Positions 29,247-39,203 of a stretch of 64,000 nt of DNA are shown here, in pieces. Both the position numbers and the translations under genes were made by a program. Origin of the DNA: a virus (Duplodnaviria > Caudoviricetes); the IMG/VR virus record IMGVR_UViG_3300008107_006173. One strand, 5' to 3'. How positions within the stretch are numbered: position 1 is the stretch's first letter; every line of letters starts with the position of its first letter. The notes under the pieces were generated by a model. The model was not told the DNA's origin. It did no database searches and saw only the letters and a program-made list of their open reading frames with translations.

Positions 29247-30084
29247 CGTAGTAAACCTTTAGTGTCTGTTCAGTTATGTGTAGAACTTGCTTACGCATTC
29301 TAAAAATTAAGTCAGTAACGCCAAAAGCATTATCTACAAAATTTTCAATAGTAAATTTTTCTTCGTTGCCTATAGCTAAACAGTTATAACCTATAATTTT
29401 ATGATTTAACCTTCCAAAGTTTAGCTGAGACTTATCTATTTCAAATTTTCTTAAAGGAACGTTAGTGACAGTGAAGCAGGCTGTTGTTTTAAACACATCA
29501 TTGGTATCTGCAATTACTGACGCAACCTTACCATCATTTTTGCTACGATCTAACACCACAGTAAATCTTCTATTCAAACTTACTAGTGATTGATATCTAT
29601 CGCTTTCTTTGGCTAATTTAAAACCAATAGTTTCAAAATATTCTATGACTTCACTGTCTGAATCATTAATAATAATTCCTGTAAAATTTTCTAAGCCTGT
29701 TGTGCTATATCGTTTTTTATCAATTAATGTGTATTCGTTGTTTAAAAACATTTCAGTCCAATCTTCAGGGACAAATAAAATTCTTAACGAATTACTCAAG
29801 GTAATTGAAAACGCATTGCTGTTTTCTAGAGATAGTGAATCAGCAATCAATTCTAATGTTGTTAGTGGCATATTAAAACCAATACCACTTATACGGGGCT
29901 CTAGGCCGTCTGCAATTTCTCTTAGTAAAATGATACTTTGATTTTGCGACCAAAATCCAACGGGTGCAGAGTTATGCTGACTTCTATGCACGAAACCCAT
30001 TTTATTTAATTTTGTATGTATAGTTTCCCTGTCGTTAACGGATGGATCAAAACTATATTCTAAGAAACTAAAATTTGACATCAC
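29221..30084 (-). CDS. Degenerate HPPD/VOC (glyoxalase-fold)-like protein
   Basis: FSFLEYS..KMGFVHRSQHNS..WSQNQ resembles the HPPD N-domain FEFVEF..MGFTKVAKHRSK..YRQG. Confidence 0.45.
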   Translation of the reverse strand: MMSNFSFLEYSFDPSVNDRETIHTKLNKMGFVHRSQHNSAPVGFWSQNQSIILLREIADGLEPRISGIGFNMPLTTLELIADSLSLENSNAFSITLSNSLRILFVPEDWTEMFLNNEYTLIDKKRYSTTGLENFTGIIINDSDSEVIEYFETIGFKLAKESDRYQSLVSLNRRFTVVLDRSKNDGKVASVIADTNDVFKTTACFTVTNVPLRKFEIDKSQLNFGRLNHKIIGYNCLAIGNEEKFTIENFVDNAFGVTDLIFRMRKQVLHITEQTLKVYYDEQKCIPQ

Positions 30085-30437
30085 ACTTTAAAATTGACAC
30101 TCTCACCGCAACCACAAGAACTTGCTGCAAGGGGAGACCATATATCAATAACTGATCCGCTGATGTCAGTTTTCTTATCTACAACACTTCCGGTTAAGTA
30201 AAGTTCTGATGTTTTGTCCAACCAAAACATCCAACCATCATAGCTATGACCATATTCAGTCATGTCTATTTCACTTGGACTTTTTACTAGTTCCCAGTGG
30301 TAACTGAAGCCAGCACAGCCGCCGCCAGAGAGACTCAATCTCACGCCTAGAGCATTTGCGCCTTTAACAACCGCAGCAAAATGTTCCTGTGCAGTTGGGG
30401 TAAAGTTAACGATTTCTTCTTGCATTTTAGTATCCAT
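30081..30437 (-). CDS. iscA: A-type Fe-S carrier (IscA/SufA/HesB family)
   Basis: GVRLSLSGGGCAGFSY and SSCGCGES; all three Cys present. Confidence 0.9.
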   Translation of the reverse strand: MDTKMQEEIVNFTPTAQEHFAAVVKGANALGVRLSLSGGGCAGFSYHWELVKSPSEIDMTEYGHSYDGWMFWLDKTSELYLTGSVVDKKTDISGSVIDIWSPLAASSCGCGESVNFKV

Positions 30438-30441
30438 ACTT

Positions 30442-30951
30442 TTATTTAACCATTTTGCATCGTAAGTTAATAACATAACGAATACCTTCCTTAACACGCT
30501 TTACTTCGTGCTCATGTTCGTATGTATAAGCTAACATATCACCCGGTTGTAAATCCATCAGTTGGTTTTCAACAATTAGCTCACCGCCTTTATAACTTGC
30601 TGGATCAGATAATTGAATAATAATGGATAAGTCGGTTGGCTGTTGTGTTTTTTCTGCGTAACTATCTACATGTTTGGCTATGAAACCATTATAGCCATAT
30701 TTTAAAATTCTACAATAAACAAGTTCAACTTCATAAGACAATGATTCTAGAATGCTGTCTTTCACTGCCCCCCAAATGTTTTTAAATTCTTCCTTAGTAT
30801 ACTTGCTTAAAAGGAAAACACCGTTAAGACCCGACGCATGACGATCGACACGATTACCGTCAATCTCAACTACATTAGTAGTGTTTCTATATAATCCCCA
30901 TACTTCATCTATGAGTTGATAGGGTAATACATTTCTTACAACGATTTTCAC
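30442..30951 (-). CDS. 2OG-Fe(II) oxygenase (PKHD-like)
   Basis: HVD..LSIIIQLSDPASYKGGEL..HEVKRVKEGIRY. Confidence 0.85.
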   Translation of the reverse strand: MKIVVRNVLPYQLIDEVWGLYRNTTNVVEIDGNRVDRHASGLNGVFLLSKYTKEEFKNIWGAVKDSILESLSYEVELVYCRILKYGYNGFIAKHVDSYAEKTQQPTDLSIIIQLSDPASYKGGELIVENQLMDLQPGDMLAYTYEHEHEVKRVKEGIRYVINLRCKMVK

Positions 30952-31439
30952 ATCATAAGCCTTAAATTAGCGATCCATCGATTTCCGGATTTAACCATTT
31001 TTACTTCATGCGGATCTGAATAGTGATATAATGTAGCATCGCCTATATTCATGTTCATCATTATATTATTGACCATAAGATGGCCGCCTTTATAGCTCTG
31101 TGGATCATTGAGTTGAATTATTAGTCCGTGATTACTTTCACCATCACTTTCCATCCAACCATCACGGTGTAAACCAATTCGTGTTTTGGGAGGATAGTGT
31201 ATTAATCGAAAACTTTTTATTTCAGCATTTGGTAGAATTGCTTCAATATACTTAAAATAGCTTGAGGCCTCATCCTTGCTTATACGATAAAAGTTATATG
31301 ACCAATCTCGATTTATTTCTTTTCTTGGTAAAACTTGTCCAGAGAAAGATTCAAACATTTCAGACATGTTTGGAACCGTTGCTATGAGTTCCTCACAAAT
31401 AGCCTTTGGTAATACATCTTTGAATTGTGTTGCTGCCAT
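30948..31439 (-). CDS. 2OG-Fe(II) oxygenase (PKHD-like), tandem paralog
   Basis: HRD..IIQLNDPQSYKGGHL..HEVKMVKSGNRW. Confidence 0.85.
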   Translation of the reverse strand: MAATQFKDVLPKAICEELIATVPNMSEMFESFSGQVLPRKEINRDWSYNFYRISKDEASSYFKYIEAILPNAEIKSFRLIHYPPKTRIGLHRDGWMESDGESNHGLIIQLNDPQSYKGGHLMVNNIMMNMNIGDATLYHYSDPHEVKMVKSGNRWIANLRLMM

Positions 31440-31441
31440 CG

Positions 31442-32029
31442 TTATCGTTTATTAATTATTTCGTCTACAAGTCCGTAAGCAAGAGCTTCTTGTGCGCTCA
31501 TGAAAAAGTCACGCTCCATATCCTTTGAAAGCTCTTCAAAAATCTTGCCTGCGCTGTTATGCTTAACATAGATTTCAGTGAGGTTCTTCTTCATTGCGAG
31601 AATCTCCTTAACTTGAATTTCCATGTCTGTGGCTTGACCTCGAGCACCGCCACTGGGCTGGTGAATCATATGTCGTGCGCTAGGTAGCATCTTGCGCTTG
31701 CCAGGTGCGCCTGCTTGTGCTAGCAGACTACCCATAGAGCAAGCCTGCCCCATAACAATAGTGCATACATCCGGCTTGATATATTGCATAGTGTCGTACA
31801 TTGCCATCCCGGCTGTTACAACGCCACCTGGGCTGTTAATATAGAAACTAATATCAGCATCGGGGTCTTCGGCTTCTAGAAAAAGCAACTGGGCACAGAT
31901 ACTGTTACTAACTGCGTCGTGTACTTCGCCGTTAAGGAAGATAATGCGCTCCTTGAGCAAACGGCTATAGATATCGTAGCTGCGCTCTCCTGCTGAGGTC
32001 TTTTCGATTACATATGGTACAAAGTTCAT
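31442..32029 (-). CDS. clpP: ClpP serine protease subunit
   Basis: [20 protein letters not shown], catalytic ACSMG / MIHQP / ERDFFM. Confidence 0.96.
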   Translation of the reverse strand: MNFVPYVIEKTSAGERSYDIYSRLLKERIIFLNGEVHDAVSNSICAQLLFLEAEDPDADISFYINSPGGVVTAGMAMYDTMQYIKPDVCTIVMGQACSMGSLLAQAGAPGKRKMLPSARHMIHQPSGGARGQATDMEIQVKEILAMKKNLTEIYVKHNSAGKIFEELSKDMERDFFMSAQEALAYGLVDEIINKR

Positions 32030-32034
32030 GTGTG

Positions 32035-32430
32035 TTATCCTACTAGTGTGTGAATTTTATTGATGATAGCTTGAAGCCCACGCTGCCGTTGAGAACTTAA
32101 TACAGCAGCAATGGGTTTAAAGTCGTGATAGGTGATTTTTTTAATTTCTTTGGCAGGAAGATTATTAAAGGTATCTAATAGTATCTTACCAACGCCGTAA
32201 ATCATATAAGTGTCTGTTTCAAATAAGAAGGTCCATGCATCACCTTGCTTTTGACCAACTATCCAAACTTGACTCTGACAGCCGCTTACATAATTTTCTT
32301 GTAGTCGTATATTATAATCTTTTTTCTTAGCAAGCGCCTTTCCATTTTCCATGAATATGTCATAGAGAAATTCTGTGTTATCAACACTTTTGACGAGCTC
32401 GATATATTCGTTTAACTTTTCTATACTCAT
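32035..32430 (-). CDS. sufE: SufE-family sulfur acceptor
   Basis: VSGCQSQVW active-site motif; promoter TTGACT-17-TACAAT 6 nt upstream of the ATG. Confidence 0.85.
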   Translation of the reverse strand: MSIEKLNEYIELVKSVDNTEFLYDIFMENGKALAKKKDYNIRLQENYVSGCQSQVWIVGQKQGDAWTFLFETDTYMIYGVGKILLDTFNNLPAKEIKKITYHDFKPIAAVLSSQRQRGLQAIINKIHTLVG

Positions 32431-32474
32431 GAATACATTGTAACATTACTAAGCTCAAAAGTCAATACTTTTAG

Positions 32475-32822
32475 TTAGTAATACTTTCTAGCTAGAGTGT
32501 ATTCTTCGCCGCTTGTAAGTTCGGTTAATGTTGCAGGATCTGCGTTTATTGCTTTGTAGATCTTACCTTCTTTCTTAAAGTAGGTCACATATTTGGCACC
32601 ATCATTGACACCATCTGCTGGATTGTCTACTTTTAGAATTGGTGTATAACCTTCAAAATCAGCCATAGTTCCTACGCCATTAGATTCTTCTGGTCCAATG
32701 TGTACACCAACAATTAGATCCTCAACTGCAACGCCGTGTAGCTTTGCTGCAAATACTTTTTGGGCTTCTCTGTTTGATACATTCCAAGTTTTTGTACCTG
32801 CAGGATAAGAAATTGTTCCCAT
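32475..32822 (-). CDS. Hypothetical late protein
   Basis: SD AGGAG; GATAAATA at 32852-32859. Confidence 0.7.
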   Translation of the reverse strand: MGTISYPAGTKTWNVSNREAQKVFAAKLHGVAVEDLIVGVHIGPEESNGVGTMADFEGYTPILKVDNPADGVNDGAKYVTYFKKEGKIYKAINADPATLTELTSGEEYTLARKYY

Positions 32823-32854
32823 CGTTAAACTCCTAAATTAGTTTATATCACTAT

Positions 32855-33589
32855 TTATCTGATGACCGGTCCTAGGTTCTGCAAAATATCCCAAGTCTCT
32901 TCCCAATTCTCAACTTCGTAGCATCTGCTTCCGTTTTGTAGTTGATTTACAGCATCAGCAAGGGGCTTATCATTGCCGTTATCGTCCATACGATCACCAA
33001 AGAATTGTACGATATCTCCCTGCATGTATTTGATACATTGACGCTTATCGCGCCCCTTTGCAGTAATATCTATGCCAATCTCTCCAGCCACTTGGGCTAC
33101 AATATTATGTAGCTCAAACTGCTCGTTTAGCCTATGTGCTATTTCAATACGCTCATTGCTGATAGCGTCCCATTCGTGATAGCGTTTTCGCTGCTCTATA
33201 TTTGCATTTCTTCCCACAGTACTATAGTTGAACATAGCACCGCGATCTTCTATATGATTGCCGTAGCGTTCTGAATAAACGCTGGAGTTCAATTCATTGT
33301 TTAAAAATTCAACAAGTTCCGGCGGATAATCAAATTTGTAATCATAAACAATCTGACCTTTCTTGTATACTGTATTCCCCATGCAATTACAGCAGTAGTC
33401 CACAGCATCAACAATTTTTTCGCCCAATTGTTCTACAGTCTTTGGCCTATCACTGCCAGTAACTAATAAAACAGAACCACCCCAATTTTGAACACCGGCT
33501 ACCCATGAAAGGAACCAATCTTCAAATTGGGGTGATATTTTTTGTCTGCTGGGCGTCAATGTACCATCTACATCAAACGCAAAAAACAT
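32855..33589 (-). CDS. HAD-IIB phosphomannomutase-like
   Basis: FDVDGTLTPSRQKI, TGSD, IEDRGAMFNYS, FFGD..GND. Confidence 0.85.
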   Translation of the reverse strand: MFFAFDVDGTLTPSRQKISPQFEDWFLSWVAGVQNWGGSVLLVTGSDRPKTVEQLGEKIVDAVDYCCNCMGNTVYKKGQIVYDYKFDYPPELVEFLNNELNSSVYSERYGNHIEDRGAMFNYSTVGRNANIEQRKRYHEWDAISNERIEIAHRLNEQFELHNIVAQVAGEIGIDITAKGRDKRQCIKYMQGDIVQFFGDRMDDNGNDKPLADAVNQLQNGSRCYEVENWEETWDILQNLGPVIR

Positions 33590-33592
33590 AGA

Positions 33593-33877
33593 TTACTTCT
33601 TTGTCTTTTTTACAGCAGCTTTTGCTTTACCAACAGCCTTTTTTGCGCTGGTCTTGGCCTTCTTAACACCTTCAACAGCGTCACCTAGATCAACCTTGCC
33701 ATCCTTGTTGAGATCAAGATCTTTCTTGGCTTCTGTCTTTAATGTTTCAACAGCCTTTTCAACGGTTAAAGATTCTACTGTGTCCTTAACTGAAGCACCA
33801 CCAACTAGTGTTGTATATGCCCAGTAAAGGATACCAGCAGCCGCTGCCACTAATCCAATTAGTAGTAATGTGCTCAT
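33593..33877 (-). CDS. Membrane-anchored protein with EF-hand-like loop and K/A-rich tail
   Basis: N-terminal TM; DLNKDGKVDLGD; KKAKTSAKKAVGKAKAAVKKTKK. Confidence 0.6.
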   Translation of the reverse strand: MSTLLLIGLVAAAAGILYWAYTTLVGGASVKDTVESLTVEKAVETLKTEAKKDLDLNKDGKVDLGDAVEGVKKAKTSAKKAVGKAKAAVKKTKK

Positions 33878-34809
33878 TTTTCGCTCCTTAGTCTATAGTC
33901 AAGTTGTTTGAGACCTTCATATCGAGTCTGGTCTAATGGGTGATCTAAGTTAAAGGGATTAGCCCTCTTATAAGTAGATCCTTTGACCCTTTCAGCAATA
34001 GCATCTAGTATTTTTTTATCTTCTGCTTTTGCACTAACAAGACTGTTACGTCTCATAAATGCAAAAAGCCCAATATCAAAATGCAGATAACTAAAACCAA
34101 ATTGGTCTTCGTCACCATTTGCAATACCTAACCCATCTGTAGGTACAGCGGTAATTATGCTCTTTGGAACCTGCATTAAATTAGCTAGTGCAGGAACTTC
34201 CCAGCTTTTAGTTAAACTCTGAATAGGTGCAACATCACCAACATCACCATGTAGCGTCCAAAAGCCTGCTGCTAGTTCACTGAAGTTGTCAGTACTGGCA
34301 ACAAAGCCACGATGTACACCTGCAAGGTTGTATAATGTAATCATACGCAATCTTGCTCGTATGTTGCCCCGGCGCATAGCAATTGATCTATCAGAGCCGG
34401 ACAATGATGTGTCACTGGTTTCGGAAATATCTTTAACTAAAAATTCATACTGTTTAGTTAAATCAACATTAACATGTTCAATATTCAGTGCATGGCATGC
34501 TTCAACCCCGCGGGCTGTTTCTACAGGATCTTGCAAAATTGGTAATGTTACACCAACAACACGATAGCCTGCTTCGTTGAATAGTGCAGCAGTTAAAGCT
34601 GAATCTATTCCGCCACTCATACCGATAACAACAGTACTGGTATTGTATTTGGCTTTATATTCTTCTAAACCACGAATTAATCGTTCTCTTAGAAGATCTA
34701 TATCGTTATGATATACACCAAAACCTATAAGTTCAACGAGTTTATTTTTAAACCAGTCAGAAAGTACAGGTTGTCTATTGAGTTCTAAAATTTTGTTTAG
34801 TGTGTTCAT
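33874..34809 (-). CDS. nadE: NH3-dependent NAD+ synthetase
   Basis: GMSGGIDSA, GNIRARLRM, STDNFSE..GFWTLHGD, PTDGL, DEDQFG. Confidence 0.9.
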   Translation of the reverse strand: MNTLNKILELNRQPVLSDWFKNKLVELIGFGVYHNDIDLLRERLIRGLEEYKAKYNTSTVVIGMSGGIDSALTAALFNEAGYRVVGVTLPILQDPVETARGVEACHALNIEHVNVDLTKQYEFLVKDISETSDTSLSGSDRSIAMRRGNIRARLRMITLYNLAGVHRGFVASTDNFSELAAGFWTLHGDVGDVAPIQSLTKSWEVPALANLMQVPKSIITAVPTDGLGIANGDEDQFGFSYLHFDIGLFAFMRRNSLVSAKAEDKKILDAIAERVKGSTYKRANPFNLDHPLDQTRYEGLKQLDYRLRSEK

Positions 34810-34869
34810 GTATGATATATTTACCCAAAAAAATATTTTAGTTTAAATAAACAGGTTTAAACAGAGCTT

Positions 34870-35358
34870 TTAATGAATTAATTTTAGATATTCAACCACA
34901 GTATCAGCTAGCTGATTACGGTCCCAGTGTTTTTCAAAACTTTTTCCATCAGCAGAGTGCAAGTTAAAATATTCTAGTAGATGACTGGGTAAATGCCATT
35001 GGCAGACTAAAATGCTGCCTTCATCAGTTTCATCTATTCTAACTTTAGATCTACCTTTAGGTAAACCATATGGATCGTCTTTATAACCTGCGTCGTGTAG
35101 CCACATCGCCGCATCGGGTAATAAAAAGATATCTAAGTCGATGAAAGTTCGAGCTAGAAAACTTTTAGATAATAGTTGATATAGCTTATCTAATTCTTTT
35201 TTAGATATTTTTTCAGCTGTAACTTTGTTTAGTTCTCTGGTTGTAGGCAAATACCATTTTATTATACCTACTCCACTATTGCTTCTATATTCAACTTTGA
35301 ATCGATCTTCATTCACCCACTGTGTGTTGTTCGTAAGTGTTATTGTATTGCCTACCAT
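34870..35358 (-). CDS. Hypothetical protein
   Basis: 162-aa ORF; start uncertain (overlaps guaC). Confidence 0.55.
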   Translation of the reverse strand: MVGNTITLTNNTQWVNEDRFKVEYRSNSGVGIIKWYLPTTRELNKVTAEKISKKELDKLYQLLSKSFLARTFIDLDIFLLPDAAMWLHDAGYKDDPYGLPKGRSKVRIDETDEGSILVCQWHLPSHLLEYFNLHSADGKSFEKHWDRNQLADTVVEYLKLIH

Positions 35359-36364
35359 TATTAACCTGTATAAATGTAGTTCTTTTACTTAGCTCTTTGA
35401 GGCTAACAGCACCAACATAAGTGCAAGTACTCCTAATGCCGCCAAGAATGTCGGCAACAATGGGTTCAACACTACCTCGATAACGAACCTGTACCACACG
35501 CCCCTCGCTTGATCTATAATCTTTGAAACCATTTCCGTTTTTCTCCTGTGCAGCCTTACTGCTCATGCCGTAGAATTTAACACGGCCATCTTCCACTGTT
35601 CCGCCTCCCTCATCACACCCGGCGAACATTCCGCCAAGCATTACGAAGTCAGCGCCTGCGCCAAAAGCCTTAGCTACGTCACCAGGACAAGTGCAACCAC
35701 CATCAGCAATAATATGCCCACCAAGCCCATGAGCAGCATCTGCACATTCGATAACCGCAGATAGTTGCGGATAACCCACTCCAGTTTTAATGCGAGTAGT
35801 ACAAACACTACCGGGACCAATGCCAACTTTAATAATATCTGCTCCACGTAAGATTAACTCCTCTGTTACATCGGGCGTTACTACGTTGCCTGCAATAATA
35901 GTAATATGTGGATATTTGTCTCTGAACTCAGCAACATAATCAATAAACTTTTCACTATAACCGTTAGCAACATCAATACAAACAAATCTGATGCCCGGGT
36001 TGAGCTCTAATACTTTATCAATGTTTTCTTGATCGGCTTTTGTGATTCCGGTACTTACAGAAATGTTTTTTAGAAGTTCTGGATTCCAATCCTTTGAATT
36101 CATCCAGTGGTTTATATCCTTAGCTGAGTAGCTTTTGTTTAGTACAGTGAATAGATCAAACTTAGACAAAGTTGTAGCCATGGAAGTCGTACCCACACCG
36201 TCCATGTTAGCTGCCATAATAGGTAATCCTGTGTATGTGTGTTTACTATTACGGAAGGTGTAGGTACGCTCCAAACTTACATCTTTGCGACTGCCCATGG
36301 TGCTTCGTTTTGGACGAAACAGCACATCGCAGTAATCTAATTTAATATCTCGCTCAATTCGCAT
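35309..36364 (-). CDS. guaC: GMP reductase
   Basis: [52 protein letters not shown]. Confidence 0.93.
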   Translation of the reverse strand: MRIERDIKLDYCDVLFRPKRSTMGSRKDVSLERTYTFRNSKHTYTGLPIMAANMDGVGTTSMATTLSKFDLFTVLNKSYSAKDINHWMNSKDWNPELLKNISVSTGITKADQENIDKVLELNPGIRFVCIDVANGYSEKFIDYVAEFRDKYPHITIIAGNVVTPDVTEELILRGADIIKVGIGPGSVCTTRIKTGVGYPQLSAVIECADAAHGLGGHIIADGGCTCPGDVAKAFGAGADFVMLGGMFAGCDEGGGTVEDGRVKFYGMSSKAAQEKNGNGFKDYRSSEGRVVQVRYRGSVEPIVADILGGIRSTCTYVGAVSLKELSKRTTFIQVNNGRQYNNTYEQHTVGE

Positions 36365-36365
36365 A

Positions 36366-36788
36366 TTAGTTTTCTACTACTTGTTCCAGACTAAGTTCAC
36401 CATGGAAATATACTTCAGTATCGTCTTGTTCCCATCCAAGATTTTCTACGCCTTCGCTAAAATCTTCTTCCCAAGCATCAATTACTTCCTGTAATTCTTC
36501 TTCTGTTACATCAGGAGAGTTAGCTAGCCATTCGCTATTATCACCATCCCAAAAACTATCCATTTCCACGTCTAGAATATTTTCACCGTCTACTAAGGAA
36601 TACACATCCAAACCGTCGTCATCAGCATTCTCTAGATCAATTTCGGGTGCTGCATCAGTAGCAGTAGTAAGAGTAACGCTGCCGCCTCGCCACCAAACAT
36701 TATACTGAATTACTTTACCATCTTTGGTCCAAAATTCAACTTCTTGGATGCTCTTCTTGTACACGGGCATCAAAGTCCAAACTGCCAT
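36366..36788 (-). CDS. Acidic hypothetical protein
   Basis: SD GAGG; promoter TTGACT-17-TATACT at about 36828-36856. Confidence 0.65.
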   Translation of the reverse strand: MAVWTLMPVYKKSIQEVEFWTKDGKVIQYNVWWRGGSVTLTTATDAAPEIDLENADDDGLDVYSLVDGENILDVEMDSFWDGDNSEWLANSPDVTEEELQEVIDAWEEDFSEGVENLGWEQDDTEVYFHGELSLEQVVEN

Positions 36789-36912
36789 AATAAAAATCCT
36801 CTTAAAACTAATTTATAAAGTCTATATAGTATATAAGATTTAAACTACAAAGTCAAGAAAATTCTGGTTTCCTGTACCCAGTAAACCACATAATAAAATT
36901 CTTTTCATGTTA

Positions 36913-37608
36913 TTAATCCTCTGCGACGATTCGCGCAAAATATTTTCTAGATTTTATGTAATCTATTAATTCATAGTCAGCTGGCTTGTAATAATCCTTG
37001 AACCACTCTCTGTTAGCAAACGATACTTCATAACTTTGCTCAAAGTTAAACTGACTTTTACTTCTGCTTTTAAATGCAGACTGATCTTCAATTTCAATAT
37101 TGAAATACTTTTTTAGTGCTGCTGTTAAATCTTTTAGTTCAACTGCTAGCACTACATTAGTTTCAAGTACTTTGTACTTGGCAGGGCCGCCCAACCAAAA
37201 AGTTAAACTTTTTGTAACTAGGTTAAGAGGACTTGTATTCTCATCAAATTCCTTACGAAAATTTTCGTCTGTTCTTAACTTTGTGATAAAATCGTTGGGT
37301 GTAGGTGTTTGTTCAAATATGTTTTTTTCAAAATCTGTGTGAGCTATGCCTCCTACATAGTAGGGTTTATTTTCATCTAATAGGCTAAGTTCTTTTCTTA
37401 GCTCGTAATTCTTACGCCCCCAAAAGCCGCTGCAAAATCTTTCTATTGGATCTCTGATTGTAAACATTGTACCAGGACCACTGTGTGCTAGTGTGATTGC
37501 GTGATTTTTATGAACATACAAACCACATTCTGAATTATCTTTAACATAATTCTTTATTGCAGTTCCACCAGTTTTAGGAATATGTAAAATTTTAATTTTA
37601 CGCCGCAT
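36913..37608 (-). CDS. Sulfotransferase-family protein (Sulfotransfer_2-like)
   Basis: PAPS-binding motifs LHIPKTGGT and IRDPIERFCSG. Confidence 0.75.
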   Translation of the reverse strand: MRRKIKILHIPKTGGTAIKNYVKDNSECGLYVHKNHAITLAHSGPGTMFTIRDPIERFCSGFWGRKNYELRKELSLLDENKPYYVGGIAHTDFEKNIFEQTPTPNDFITKLRTDENFRKEFDENTSPLNLVTKSLTFWLGGPAKYKVLETNVVLAVELKDLTAALKKYFNIEIEDQSAFKSRSKSQFNFEQSYEVSFANREWFKDYYKPADYELIDYIKSRKYFARIVAED

Positions 37609-37969
37609 TGTATAACATTACCAAAATAACTATATATGTTACAAAATGTAAAAATTGATCTGTGCCAAATAATATCCAGTATTTGGTATCATTGACTGTA
37701 TAATTTTTTGCCTTCTGAATTTTACTCTTAACATAGTCAACATGATAATGTGCTATGCTATCAAAGCAGGCTACTAACAATACTGCCGCTGGGCTAAAGA
37801 AACCAAATAAAACTATAGCTGTACCAACTCCGTGCATACCTGCATGGACAAGGCCTCCTCCTCCACCGTAAATGTGTTTATCAGCAAACATAAAAGACCT
37901 TTGTATATAAAAGTCTACAACTGTATGCTTGAACATTAACAGCGTTAGTAAAAAAAGGATCTCATTCAT
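37598..37969 (-). CDS. DUF3307-like membrane protein
   Basis: KHTVVDFYIQ, HAGMHG, HYHVD, DQFLH pattern with TM helices. Confidence 0.7.
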   Translation of the reverse strand: MNEILFLLTLLMFKHTVVDFYIQRSFMFADKHIYGGGGGLVHAGMHGVGTAIVLFGFFSPAAVLLVACFDSIAHYHVDYVKSKIQKAKNYTVNDTKYWILFGTDQFLHFVTYIVILVMLYNAA

Positions 37970-38373
37970 AGGTCTCCCTTTTGTCTGTTCTCTGAATAGA
38001 AAGCATCAAAACTGCCACCGGGATATCGTGCTTCAAGCTTCTTAACATTTTCAGCAATAACAGCATTTGGATCTAGTCCTAGTGCGTTACATGCATTCAT
38101 CCAATACCACATGATATCACCTAGTTCACGCTTCATATGAAAGATGTTATCTTCGTCAAGTGGCTTGCCTTGAAAGAAAATCTTCTTAACAATCTCGTTA
38201 AACTCGCCGCCTTCACTGGCTAGTCCAATTCCTGATGTTAGCAATAATGGAACATTTACATTAGTACTGTTATGTAACTTCCGGACATGCTCAACAAACT
38301 CTTCAGCATCTTTGCTTTGCTTAGAACAAATTGTTAAAACAAATTCTGCATACTTATTCAAATCAATATTCAT
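37966..38373 (-). CDS. mazG: MazG-like NTP pyrophosphohydrolase
   Basis: GLASEGGEFNEIVKK..RELGDIMWY..NVKKLEARYP. Start MNIDL approximate. Confidence 0.85.
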   Translation of the reverse strand: MNIDLNKYAEFVLTICSKQSKDAEEFVEHVRKLHNSTNVNVPLLLTSGIGLASEGGEFNEIVKKIFFQGKPLDEDNIFHMKRELGDIMWYWMNACNALGLDPNAVIAENVKKLEARYPGGSFDAFYSENRQKGDL

Positions 38374-38516
38374 AAAACACCTATTAGTTAAATTAACTTG
38401 CACCCCAATTGTCTTCGTCGCTGTACGGATCTCGACAGTTATGCCAATTAGGTAATAATACTTGTAGTAGGCGACCTAACCAACCTACATGTTCGCCACA
38501 AAGTTGACAACACCAA

Positions 38517-38750
38517 CTAGGAAACTTCTCTGCTTTTTTCATTTAATTTTTCTTCTAACGCTCTGATGCGTTGGTTCATAAGTGTGAGCAAACGACTGCT
38601 GTCTGCATCAAGTGGAATGGCAAGACTAGTAATAGCTAAACCCTCCAACTCGTCAATTTTAGCATTAAGGTCGGCAATGATATTATCTTTCTTTCGAAGT
38701 GTGTCAATCAGTTCCGCTTTGGTCATTTGTGTTGTGCTTTTTGTAGTCAT
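38517..38750 (-). CDS. Coiled-coil hypothetical protein
   Basis: 77-aa ORF. Confidence 0.55.
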   Translation of the reverse strand: MTTKSTTQMTKAELIDTLRKKDNIIADLNAKIDELEGLAITSLAIPLDADSSRLLTLMNQRIRALEEKLNEKSREVS

Positions 38751-38753
38751 AAA

Positions 38754-38792
38754 AATGCGCCTTGAAATACATACATACTTACAAGGCGCATT
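38754..38792 (-). terminator. Terminator-like hairpin
   Basis: AATGCGCCTTG/CAAGGCGCATT 11-bp stem, 17-nt loop, T-run on the minus strand. Confidence 0.55.
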
Positions 38793-38815
38793 AATTAAAC
38801 TGATGTTTTTATGGT

Positions 38816-39076
38816 TTACTTGTTGCTTTTAGCTACAGGCTTGAACCAATCAGACTTTGTAATTTCTAAAAATGATTTATTTGCCTCTGAAAATAACTGT
38901 AGAGACATTGTGGTTGCTAGGCTTGAAAAATTCTTAGCTGCTTCTTTGGTATAAGCAGTCTGAGCATCGACAAACTTTAGCATTGAATTTTTGATTGCTT
39001 CGTTGGTAACAAAAGAATTAACAGCATTCTTTTTTACATTCTGTACTGAGTCGATAAATGTTTCTGTTGTCAACAT
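38816..39076 (-). CDS. Helical hypothetical protein (phasin-like appearance)
   Basis: SD AGGA; amphipathic A/K/T/S-rich sequence. Confidence 0.55.
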   Translation of the reverse strand: MLTTETFIDSVQNVKKNAVNSFVTNEAIKNSMLKFVDAQTAYTKEAAKNFSSLATTMSLQLFSEANKSFLEITKSDWFKPVAKSNK

Positions 39077-39098
39077 ATGGATTCCTTTCCTTAAAAAA

Positions 39099-39203
39099 TT
39101 AGAGTACGCTAAAAATAAAAGCGTAACCTACTAACATCAACAATGATAGTGTTGTGATGTGAGCCGCTCGGCTTACCCTTGTTATGGTTCTTCCGTGTTT
39201 CAT
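39099..39203 (-). CDS. 34-aa membrane micropeptide
   Basis: MKHGRTITRVSRAAHITTLSLLMLVGYAFIFSVL; SD AGGA; CATAAATA at 39239-39246. Confidence 0.45.
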   Translation of the reverse strand: MKHGRTITRVSRAAHITTLSLLMLVGYAFIFSVL

